Below are positions 1-8,450 of a DNA stretch of 64,000 nt, piece after piece. The notes under the pieces are model-generated. The model had not been told where the DNA came from, did no database searches, and saw only the letters and a program-made list of their open reading frames with translations. The stretch is from assembly GCA_049968255.1 (NCBI GenBank), contig JBMFRB010000007.1, forward strand, positions 1 to 64,000. Reading direction: 5' to 3'. Position 1 is the stretch's first letter. Each line of letters begins with the position of its first letter. The stretch is from Candidatus Sumerlaeaceae bacterium (GTDB lineage: Bacteria > Sumerlaeota > Sumerlaeia > Sumerlaeales > Sumerlaeaceae). Made by a program: the position numbers and the translations under genes.

Positions 1-2
1 TG

Positions 3-2162
3 AGGGCGGCACTGCGTGGGCGCGTGCCCGGCGCAAAAGGGAAAATGGAAGTTTACGGGCCAGAAGCCATTGATGGCCCCGAGGAAAAGCTGGCCGGGAA
101 AAGTAAAAACGCGCTGATGTCTGTGGAAGAAGTTTTTCAAAACACACACATAGATCCGTGGTTTCTGGAAAACATTCGCGAGCTGTGTGACTTTGAACAC
201 CGCATCGCTGCGGCTGGACGCGACAAGCTCATAAAGAAACCCGGGGCGAAGAGTTCTGCTGACGAAGACGCGCGTGAGCGAGCATTTTTGCTCGAGGCGA
301 AACAGTTGGGCTTTTCCGACGCACAAATTGCATATCTTGCTTCGACGCGACGTCGGCAATTCTCCGAATGGGACATCCGTGATAGGCGCTTAGAGCTTGG
401 AGTGCGTCCGATCTACAAATCGGTGGATACGTGCGGCGGCGAATTCGAGGCCTACACTCCTTACTTTTATTCGACGTACGAGGCTGACGCGGATCTTTCT
501 TTACGCAATGAAGCTCAGCCGAGTGGCAGAAAAAAAGTTATCATATTAGGAGGGGGCCCAAATCGCATCGGGCAAGGCATCGAGTTCGATTACTGCTGCG
601 TTCAGGCTGTGTTTGCGCTGCGAGCGGCGGGTTACGAGACGATCATGGTGAACTCCAACCCGGAAACAGTCTCGACCGATTACGACACGGCCGACCGGCT
701 CTACTTCGAGCCACTCACGGCGGAAGATGTGCTGAACATTGTGGAAAACGAGTGCGCTAACGGTGAAGTGGTGGGCCTGATTGTTCAATTCGGCGGTCAA
801 ACTCCGCTGAAACTTGCGCATGCGATCGAGTCTTACGTCCATCGCAAAGGACTGCCCACACGGATTCTCGGCACTTCTGTGAATTCCATCGACCTCGCCG
901 AGGATCGTGAACGATTCGGGGCACTGCTGCATCGGTTAGGAATTCCTGCGCCCGCGCATGGCAGCGGCCGCAGCTTTAGCGAAGTGCGTGAGCTTGCTCT
1001 GAAAATCGGCTTCCCTGTCATGGTGCGGCCCAGCTACGTGCTGGGAGGTCGGGCAATGGAAGTGGTATACACCGAGCGGCAATTGCGCGATTATATGCGT
1101 ATCGCGTTGGATGTGTCGCCAGAGCATCCGGTTCTCGTAGACAAATTCCTCGATGGCGCGATCGAAGTCGATGTGGACGCCGTGTGCGATTATCGGCGAT
1201 CGCCGACGGGTCACATGGAGGGGCGGTGTGTGATTGCAGCGATCATGGAACACATCGAGGAGGCGGGAATTCATTCGGGCGACAGTGCTTGTGTGATCCC
1301 ACCACGCACATTAGGCGAAGCGACATTGGATAAGATTCGCCGCTATACGTGGGCGCTGGCGGAAAGCCTGGAGGTGTGCGGGCTGATGAATATTCAGTAC
1401 GCGGTGAAGGACGACGAAGTTTATGTGCTCGAGGTCAATCCGCGGGCCAGCCGAACGGTGCCATACGTGTCGAAGTCCGTTGGGCGCCCCATTGCTCAAT
1501 TCGCCGCGTTGTGCATGGTTGGCAAGACACTGGACGAATTGGGGTTCACGGAGGAACCGAACGTGCCCTACTTCTCCGTGAAGGAGGCGGTGCTGCCGTT
1601 CAATAAATTCCCAGGTTGTGAAATTCGTTTGGGGCCGGAAATGCGTTCGACGGGAGAGGTCATGGGGATTGATCCTGATCCTGGTATTGCCTTCGCGAAG
1701 TCCCAGGCTGCTGCGGGCTGCGCCTTGCCGCTGAGCGGCGGCGTCTTTATCTCGATCAACGACGAAGACAAACCAAAGTTCTTGCCGGTGGCGCAGAAGC
1801 TCGTGGAGCTGGGCTTCCATCTTTATGCAACAGAAGGAACGCACCGGTTTCTGCAAAAGCATGGGATTGCGGCCGCGCCGCTGAACAAGATCAAAGAGGG
1901 GCGGCCGAACATTATTGACTACGTGATTAACGGACAAATTCAGCTTGTGATCAATACGTTCTCCGGTCCGCAAGGCCGGCCGGATGAGAGAGCAATTCGA
2001 ACACTGGTGGTTTCTCGCGGTATCCCTTTGATCACAACAGTGAGCGCGGCGCGAGCAGCGGCCGAGGGCATCACGGCCATGAAAGCGCGGCGGGTGACGT
2101 TGCGCAGCTTGCAAGAGTATCATGCGGAAGCCCTGGGACAAAGGTGGCCTTTTCCGGCCTAG
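3..2162 (+). CDS. carB: Carbamoyl-phosphate synthase large subunit (5' truncated by window edge)
   Basis: Frame is open from position 3. Motifs YKSVDTCGGEF, GGGPNRIGQGIEFDYC, RPSYVLGG, HIEEAGIHSGDS, EVNPRASRT, LGPEMRSTGEVMG and a C-terminal MGS domain. Confidence 0.97.
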   Translation, partial: RAALRGRVPGAKGKMEVYGPEAIDGPEEKLAGKSKNALMSVEEVFQNTHIDPWFLENIRELCDFEHRIAAAGRDKLIKKPGAKSSADEDARERAFLLEAKQLGFSDAQIAYLASTRRRQFSEWDIRDRRLELGVRPIYKSVDTCGGEFEAYTPYFYSTYEADADLSLRNEAQPSGRKKVIILGGGPNRIGQGIEFDYCCVQAVFALRAAGYETIMVNSNPETVSTDYDTADRLYFEPLTAEDVLNIVENECANGEVVGLIVQFGGQTPLKLAHAIESYVHRKGLPTRILGTSVNSIDLAEDRERFGALLHRLGIPAPAHGSGRSFSEVRELALKIGFPVMVRPSYVLGGRAMEVVYTERQLRDYMRIALDVSPEHPVLVDKFLDGAIEVDVDAVCDYRRSPTGHMEGRCVIAAIMEHIEEAGIHSGDSACVIPPRTLGEATLDKIRRYTWALAESLEVCGLMNIQYAVKDDEVYVLEVNPRASRTVPYVSKSVGRPIAQFAALCMVGKTLDELGFTEEPNVPYFSVKEAVLPFNKFPGCEIRLGPEMRSTGEVMGIDPDPGIAFAKSQAAAGCALPLSGGVFISINDEDKPKFLPVAQKLVELGFHLYATEGTHRFLQKHGIAAAPLNKIKEGRPNIIDYVINGQIQLVINTFSGPQGRPDERAIRTLVVSRGIPLITTVSAARAAAEGITAMKARRVTLRSLQEYHAEALGQRWPFPA

Positions 2163-2177
2163 ATGCGCAAAGAACCG

Positions 2178-3161
2178 TTAGTCGGCGTAACCGTGGGGGT
2201 GCTCGCGTTTCCAACGCCAAGCACTTTGAATGATTTCGTGAATGTCGGGATAACGCGGATTCCAGCCCAGCACACGGCGTATTTTTTCCGATGAGGCAAC
2301 CAGGACAGCAGGATCGCCCGGCCGGCGTGGCCCAATTTCGACCGGGATCCGCCGAGCGGTCACGGTTTGGGTGGCGGCTATGATCTCAAACACAGAAAAG
2401 CCGTGGCCGTTGCCGAGATTGAAAACTTCCGCTCCCTTGACACAATCGAGATATTCCAACGCGAGAAGGTGCGCTTGGGCAAGATCCGCGACATGAATAT
2501 AGTCGCGGATGCACGAACCATCGTGGGTGGGGTAATCGTTCCCAAATACGGTGATTTTGTCGCGTTTTCCAAGCGCGACGTCGAGAAGGAGGGGAATGAG
2601 GTGTGATTCCGGCCGATGATCCTCGCCGTGGATGTCAGTTGCGCCCGCGGCATTGAAGTAACGAAGTGAGACTGAGCGAAAGCCAACTGACTTTGCGAGG
2701 TCGCGCAAGATCTGCTCAAACATCCATTTCGAAGCACCGTAAGGATTCACGGGCGAGGGAGGTGCGTCCTCGGGAATTGGGATAAGCTGTGGTTCGCCGA
2801 AAATTGCGGCTGTCGAGCTGAAAATAAGCTTTGTCACGCCGTGCGCCAACATTGTGCGAAGAAGAATCAAACCTGCTGCTACATTATTCTGATAATAAGC
2901 TAATGGATTTTCAATAGATTCCCCGACTAACGACAATGCGCAAAAGTGCATGACAGCCGCTGGCTTGACGGCACGAAAAACGCTGTCGAGGAAAACCGCG
3001 TCGCCGATGTCGCCGCAATAGAACTCTGCTTCGTGGGGCACAGCCTGGCGATGGCCGCGAGAAAGATTGTCCACAACAGCGACCGAAAGACCATGACGCA
3101 GAAGCAATTCCGTGCATACGCTGCCGATATAGCCGGCGCCACCTGCTATGAGGATTTTCAT
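2178..3161 (-). CDS. galE: UDP-glucose 4-epimerase
   Basis: GGAGYIGS, FSSTAA, YGASK, LRYFNAAG, DGSCIRDYIHV. Start moved to MKILIAGG (3161). Confidence 0.93.
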   Translation of the reverse strand: MKILIAGGAGYIGSVCTELLLRHGLSVAVVDNLSRGHRQAVPHEAEFYCGDIGDAVFLDSVFRAVKPAAVMHFCALSLVGESIENPLAYYQNNVAAGLILLRTMLAHGVTKLIFSSTAAIFGEPQLIPIPEDAPPSPVNPYGASKWMFEQILRDLAKSVGFRSVSLRYFNAAGATDIHGEDHRPESHLIPLLLDVALGKRDKITVFGNDYPTHDGSCIRDYIHVADLAQAHLLALEYLDCVKGAEVFNLGNGHGFSVFEIIAATQTVTARRIPVEIGPRRPGDPAVLVASSEKIRRVLGWNPRYPDIHEIIQSAWRWKREHPHGYAD

Positions 3162-3214
3162 ACGGTCGAGTCTTGCGTTGGCGCTGCAGAGCATTGCAAA
3201 GTAAAAAAGGAGCT

Positions 3215-3799
3215 ATGAGAAAAGGATGGATCATAGGGGCGTTAGTGTGTGCGGCCCTTGCGGTGGCGCCGCCAGGTCGAGCACAAAATCAACCAGAGTT
3301 GTCTGATTTCGAGCGGACTTATCGCATGTACAAGACTGCAACTTGGATTGCCGCTGGGGCTATGATTTTGTTTCTTGTGGGCGGTTTTCTCATCAAACGG
3401 AGACAAACAAAACTTTCTGAGGGGCCGCTGGGGCTTGACGATTTGTCGAAACTCGAAAAGCGGGGCTTACTGACTCCGGAAGAAGCTAAAAAGGTTCGAG
3501 ATGCTTTGGTTCGCCAGGCAATGCAGCGAGCGAATCGGCCACGAACTCCGCTCAAGGGAGAAGAGGCGCTGCTGCTTGATGACGAAGTCCGCCGGCTCGA
3601 AGCGCTGGCTCAGGCCAAACGCGCACAAAAAGAGCAGGCATCCACCGCCGCATCGGCTGTCGCCGATGCAACTGAAATCCCACCGGAACTTCAGGTTGCC
3701 GTTGAAAAGGGGTTGCTGAGCCACGAAGAAGCAGTGGCAATTGCACGCCGCGCTCAGACAAAACCTGAATCTTCGGGGGGCTCGTCAACGCCACGCTAG
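3215..3799 (+). CDS. Hypothetical membrane protein with signal peptide, one TM helix and two SHOCT-like motifs
   Basis: AAGGAG RBS before ATG 3215; hydrophobic N-terminus; TM segment WIAAGAMILFLVGGFLI; repeats LEKRGLLTPEEA and VEKGLLSHEEA. Confidence 0.7.
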   Translation: MRKGWIIGALVCAALAVAPPGRAQNQPELSDFERTYRMYKTATWIAAGAMILFLVGGFLIKRRQTKLSEGPLGLDDLSKLEKRGLLTPEEAKKVRDALVRQAMQRANRPRTPLKGEEALLLDDEVRRLEALAQAKRAQKEQASTAASAVADATEIPPELQVAVEKGLLSHEEAVAIARRAQTKPESSGGSSTPR

Positions 3800-3802
3800 T
3801 GG

Positions 3803-4816
3803 CTACTCATCGCGCAACTCCGTTATGCGAACGGGGCGCATCTCGCGCTGAGAACGGTAGGCGGCGAGAGCCACCTCTAACGCACGGAGCCCATCTTCGC
3901 CTGTTACTGCGGGTTGCCGATTGTCGCGAACTGCCGATAAAAATTCTTCAAGCATCAATGCGTCGAGGTTGTCGCTGAGTGAGAAAGCTTGTGCGCGGCC
4001 ATGCTTGTCATCGAAACGCGCAACTTGAAGCGGAAAACAATCTAGCGAAAGCCGGCCCTGCTCTCCGCGTATTTCAAGTTTCACATCACCCCAAATCGGA
4101 TAGGTTTTACAGCGCGACCAACTTGTGTCGAGGGTGACAATTGCCCCATTGTCCAACGTGAATAAGAGAAGGCCAACATCTTCGCAAGGAATTTCGGGGT
4201 ACAACCTGTTTGCGTACTCCGCGTAAACTTCTTCGACTTCTGCACTGAACAGCCATCGCAGCAAATCTACAACGTGCACGGTGTGATCGATGACCGCGCC
4301 ACCGCCAGCAAGCTCGGGGATGACAAACCAGCCACCGGGCATGGAGCCGTGATTTGAAGTGGCCGCGCCAAGAATACGTCCGAGTTCACCATTGTCGATT
4401 GCTTGTTTTGCACGTACGATCGCCGGACTAAATCGCACCGGGAAGGCGGTCATGAAAATGCGATTCGCTCTCTGGGCTGCCTCGATCATACGTCGGGCGT
4501 CCGCCAGAGTCGTGGCAAGAGGTTTCTCACATAAGACGTGCATTCGCGCTGCGAGCGCATCGAGCGTGAGAGCTGCGTGGTTGGCATTTTCCGAGGCAAT
4601 GATCACGGCGTCGCACGGCGTGGAGTCGAGCAGCTTGCGATGGTCGTCGTACCAACTTTTCACGTTCGGATAGCGTCGGCGCAGTTGCTCACGACGCGTG
4701 TCATCGGGATCGGCAACAGCAACAAGCTCCACGTTGGGTGTTCGACTTAGCACGTCCGCATAAGAATACGCATGCATGTGGGCGAAACTTAGGATCGCAA
4801 TTCTCAGCGTCTTCAT
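3803..4816 (-). CDS. Gfo/Idh/MocA family oxidoreductase
   Basis: HVLCEKPLA, AFPVRFSP, GGGAVIDHTVHVVD, TGEDGLRALE. Confidence 0.9.
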   Translation of the reverse strand: MKTLRIAILSFAHMHAYSYADVLSRTPNVELVAVADPDDTRREQLRRRYPNVKSWYDDHRKLLDSTPCDAVIIASENANHAALTLDALAARMHVLCEKPLATTLADARRMIEAAQRANRIFMTAFPVRFSPAIVRAKQAIDNGELGRILGAATSNHGSMPGGWFVIPELAGGGAVIDHTVHVVDLLRWLFSAEVEEVYAEYANRLYPEIPCEDVGLLLFTLDNGAIVTLDTSWSRCKTYPIWGDVKLEIRGEQGRLSLDCFPLQVARFDDKHGRAQAFSLSDNLDALMLEEFLSAVRDNRQPAVTGEDGLRALEVALAAYRSQREMRPVRITELRDE

Positions 4817-6348
4817 TTCTCTGCTCCGAGGTAGCAGTGTTTCGGGGCATCACTTTCGATAATAGAGGCAGCAACCACATTCGCGATCTTTGCCCGCAGC
4901 GAGCCCACATCGCCCGAGCCATCCGGGTGGCAGCGATTCGTAAGAATGATAATGGCGACGTTTTCCTCAGGCACAGACCACAGTGAAGTACCTGTCCAGC
5001 CGGTGTGGCCGTAGCCTGTGGAGAAAAGATCGCCGCGTTGGTGCGAGTAACCGCTGGAGACGTCCCAGCCAAAACCTCGGCGTGTGCCGTCAGGTAAATT
5101 GATTTGCGGGGAAGTCATCGCTCGGACCGTGAGAGGCGAGAGAACACGCACCGCACCGTATGTGCCCTCCTGCAACATCATCTGTGCAAAAATTGCCAAA
5201 TCGTGAGCTGTGGAAAACAGTCCGGCGTGGCCGCTAATTCCGTTTTGGACAAATGCGTTGCCGTCGTGCACTTCGCCGCGAATCATGTACTTCTCGCGCA
5301 CGATTGCCTTTGCTGACTTTGTGGCAGGAATGCGCCACTCGCTAGGCGCAATGCGGGGGCGAAGCTCGGCGGGGGGATTGAACATTGTGTCGTGCATGCC
5401 AAGTGGTTCGTAGATATTCTTGCGACAAAATTGGTTCAAGTCGAGCCCCGCTACCCGCTCGACAATCTCGCCGAGCGTGATGAATCCGAGATCGCTGTAA
5501 ATAAACTTCTCTCCAGGAGCGGCCCGCAACGGCCGGCGCGCGATGTCGTTGATGATGGCCTTGCGTGCATTGCCCTCAGGAAATTTCAAATAATAGTTAT
5601 CGTACGGATCGAGGCCACCAGTGTGGGTGAGGAGATGGCGAAGGGTAATGCTTTCGCGGTCATAGGTCGCAGGGGCGAGCACTTCTTCCCAAAACTTTGA
5701 GGCAAGACGGAGCTCGCCGCTGCGCCAAAGCTGCTTCCATAGTTCGGCAGGCTTATCTGCTTTCTTCACGACTTTGGTCTCGCTGGTTTCTTCGGAGAGC
5801 TCGACCGTCGGTTCCACGAGCAGTTTTCGCTGCCGAATGAACCTCATGAGTTTTTCGAAGGATGAGAGACGTGCTTGTTCGTCGGGGCTGTTGGTCCACT
5901 CGGGAATGTATTTTTTCACGGGATCGCCCAAGCGGATATCCCCATTCTCGACAAGTTTCATGATGGCGGTGGCCGTAGCGACACATTTCGTGAGGGAGGC
6001 GAGATCGAAGATCGTGTCGGTGGTCATGGCTTCGCGAGTAGGGACGATGGAACGCCAGCCATAGGCTTTTTCGTGGACGATGATGCCACGGCGCAAAACA
6101 AGGACCACGGCGCCGGATGTTTCCTTGCGGTCGAGCGACGCCGCAACGACGCGGTCAATTTGTGAACCAAGCGAGTTGTCCATGCCTGCATCGGCAGGAA
6201 CACCATAAGGCAGAGATGTGGTCGCACGGGGAGGGGAAGCTTTATGGGAAGACATAGAACATACTCCTGAGGAACACATAAGCAGTAGTGCGAACATCAC
6301 GCTAAATGCGGCCCGTGAGAGCTGTGGTCGTGGCATAGAGACGCTCAT
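4813..6348 (-). CDS. Exported serine hydrolase, beta-lactamase family (AmiE/YbbE-like)
   Basis: SxxK (FDLASLTK), LLTHTGG, YSD, GEVHDGNA, GHAGLFSTA, GHTGWTG; N-terminal signal. Stop overlaps the start of the 3803-4816 gene (ATGA). Confidence 0.88.
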   Translation of the reverse strand: MSVSMPRPQLSRAAFSVMFALLLMCSSGVCSMSSHKASPPRATTSLPYGVPADAGMDNSLGSQIDRVVAASLDRKETSGAVVLVLRRGIIVHEKAYGWRSIVPTREAMTTDTIFDLASLTKCVATATAIMKLVENGDIRLGDPVKKYIPEWTNSPDEQARLSSFEKLMRFIRQRKLLVEPTVELSEETSETKVVKKADKPAELWKQLWRSGELRLASKFWEEVLAPATYDRESITLRHLLTHTGGLDPYDNYYLKFPEGNARKAIINDIARRPLRAAPGEKFIYSDLGFITLGEIVERVAGLDLNQFCRKNIYEPLGMHDTMFNPPAELRPRIAPSEWRIPATKSAKAIVREKYMIRGEVHDGNAFVQNGISGHAGLFSTAHDLAIFAQMMLQEGTYGAVRVLSPLTVRAMTSPQINLPDGTRRGFGWDVSSGYSHQRGDLFSTGYGHTGWTGTSLWSVPEENVAIIILTNRCHPDGSGDVGSLRAKIANVVAASIIESDAPKHCYLGAEK

Positions 6349-6414
6349 CTTTTTTCTCCACTTGCAGACAGCAGTGTCATAGGGGGGTTGTCAACGGTGC
6401 AATGGGCATTGCCT

Positions 6415-7704
6415 TCAGAGAGTGTTTAGCGCGGTCTCGCACGCAGCAAGAGTTCGGGCAATGACGTGATCGTCGTGAGCTGTTGTGATGAACCAGCATT
6501 CGAATTGTGACGGCGGAAGATGAATGCCGTTGCCCAACATCGCGTGAAAGAAAGCAGCAAATCGGTTGGTGTTGGATTTCTTGGCGTCCACGTAGTTTCG
6601 GATCGGCTCGGAAGAAAAGAATACGGTGAACATCGAGCCAACACGCTGAATTACGCAGGGGATCTGGGCTGCAGACAGAAGCTTATTGAGTCCCTCCGTT
6701 AGCTTTGCTGCGTGTGCTTCGAGGTCATCGTAAAGCGCTGGGCCGCGACGACGAATTTCCTGCAAGGTCGCAAGCCCAACAGACATCGCGAGGGGGTTAC
6801 CAGCGAGCGTCCCAGCTTGATAGATTGGGCCAAGCGGTGCAAGATGCTGCATGATTTCTCGGCGCCCGCCAAAGGCGCCGCAAGGGACTCCCCCGCCGAT
6901 AATTTTTCCCAGACAGACGAGATCGGGAGTGATTCCAAAGAGTTGCGCGGCGCCACCGGCCGCGACCCGAAAACCGGTCATGACTTCATCAAAGATAAGC
7001 ACTGCTCCAAATTTCGAAGTCAGCTCGCGTGCCAAGCGTAGGAACGTGAGATCGGGAGGAACAAGTCCCATGTTGCCCGCGATGGGTTCAAGGATAAACG
7101 CGGCGATGTCTTGTCCGCGTGTGGCAAAGACATGTTCCAGTGCTTCGAGGTCGTTGTAGCTGATAACAAGTGTCTCCTTTGCGACCGCTTGGGGCACACC
7201 AACAGTTTCGGGAATAGAGAGTGTGGCCACTCCAGAGCCGGCGGTGACAAGCAGTGAATCAACTGCGCCATGGTAACAGCCGGAGCATTTGAGCACTGTT
7301 GTTCTTCCTGTTACACCACGTGCCAGCCGAATAGCAGCTGCCGTTGCTTCGGTCCCACTGTTGACAAATCTCATCATTTCGAGGTGGGGTGCAAGTTCTT
7401 GCACGAGTTCAGCCATCTCGATCTCGAGCTCGGTGGGGAAGCCGTAGCTTGTACCCTTTCGCGCGCATCGTTCGAGCGCCTGCCTCACGAACTCTGGGGC
7501 ATGGCCAAAAAGCAATGCGCCCCATGAACAAACGTAATCGACCAATTCGTTGCCGTCCGCATCGATGACAAAGGCGCCCTTGGCCTCACGAATGAAGCGC
7601 GGTATTCCCCCGACACCTTTGAAAGCGCGCACCGGGCTATTGACGCCCCCCACAAGGATCCGCGATGCACGTTCGAAGAGTCGGCGAGAGAGCTCGTCAC
7701 GCAT
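6415..7704 (-). CDS. hemL: Glutamate-1-semialdehyde 2,1-aminomutase
   Basis: GGVNSPVRAF, VNSGTEAT, FDEVMTGFR, GKIIGGG, YQAGTLAGNP, PPSQFE. Confidence 0.97.
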   Translation of the reverse strand: MRDELSRRLFERASRILVGGVNSPVRAFKGVGGIPRFIREAKGAFVIDADGNELVDYVCSWGALLFGHAPEFVRQALERCARKGTSYGFPTELEIEMAELVQELAPHLEMMRFVNSGTEATAAAIRLARGVTGRTTVLKCSGCYHGAVDSLLVTAGSGVATLSIPETVGVPQAVAKETLVISYNDLEALEHVFATRGQDIAAFILEPIAGNMGLVPPDLTFLRLARELTSKFGAVLIFDEVMTGFRVAAGGAAQLFGITPDLVCLGKIIGGGVPCGAFGGRREIMQHLAPLGPIYQAGTLAGNPLAMSVGLATLQEIRRRGPALYDDLEAHAAKLTEGLNKLLSAAQIPCVIQRVGSMFTVFFSSEPIRNYVDAKKSNTNRFAAFFHAMLGNGIHLPPSQFECWFITTAHDDHVIARTLAACETALNTL

Positions 7705-8416
7705 CGTTTTCTTCTCCGCTTGGTTGTGGTGGCTGCTTGTCTGCGGGCGGTTGCGGAGCGCCCCGATGCGCCTTCAACCACGATTCGGGCACACCCACAA
7801 TGCGCATGAGATTCTCGCGTAGTTGCACGATGGGGATCACTGTAGCACAGACCGAGCATACGAACGAATCGCCAGGAGGCAGTGGGAGAAACCCAGACGC
7901 CACGGGTGCTTTGGGATCGAGATTATGCTGAAAACGATAGAGACTGCGACATTTCGGACACTGGACATCTGCGTTCGCCGATTTGACAATGTCGGGTCGC
8001 TCAAGCAACGCGGCGACTTCTTCCGGTGTGCGTTTAGGGGTCTCGAATGGAGGGCGTGCAAAAAAGGGGAATTCAGCCAGGAAATCACCCTCGAGGAAAA
8101 GAGTTATGGTATACTGTCCGGGCGCTATGAGGGGGAAGTTTTCGAAACAGAAAACGATATTGGCAACTTGATGTGGCGCGCCAATTTGTAATTTGCCCTT
8201 CGCTTCGGCAATGCTGTGGCCATCGGGGGCAGAAATGTGAACTTCGAGCGGAAAGGTCCCTTTGGGTCCCACGAATCCTATCAGCACGAAGAAGCGCGGA
8301 TGATTCGTGGGGAAAAATAGGGAGTAGATGGTGTCGAAAATGCCAACGGCACTAAATTTCCCCTGTTCGTTGCGTACGTCGTCGCACTGGATGAAGTATT
8401 TGAGGTGTGGTCTCAT
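7697..8416 (-). CDS. Hypothetical protein: DUF6941-like beta-sandwich plus C-terminal CxxC...CxxC zinc ribbon
   Basis: GGAG RBS before ATG 8416; CDDVRNEQGKFSAVGIFD N-terminus; CPKC and CSVC pairs; overlaps hemL start by 8 bp. Confidence 0.72.
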   Translation of the reverse strand: MRPHLKYFIQCDDVRNEQGKFSAVGIFDTIYSLFFPTNHPRFFVLIGFVGPKGTFPLEVHISAPDGHSIAEAKGKLQIGAPHQVANIVFCFENFPLIAPGQYTITLFLEGDFLAEFPFFARPPFETPKRTPEEVAALLERPDIVKSANADVQCPKCRSLYRFQHNLDPKAPVASGFLPLPPGDSFVCSVCATVIPIVQLRENLMRIVGVPESWLKAHRGAPQPPADKQPPQPSGEENDA

Positions 8417-8450
8417 GTATCTCTTTCTCCTGGCGTTGCCCTCACGTGTT

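Noticed and set aside
1311-2141. 276 aa antisense ORF inside carB; similar long shadow ORFs at 20227-21120, 26973-27812, 40560-41402, 55171-56016 and 62558-63577
   Set aside because: They lie opposite well-supported genes, have no recognizable motifs, and are expected from codon bias in GC-rich DNA.
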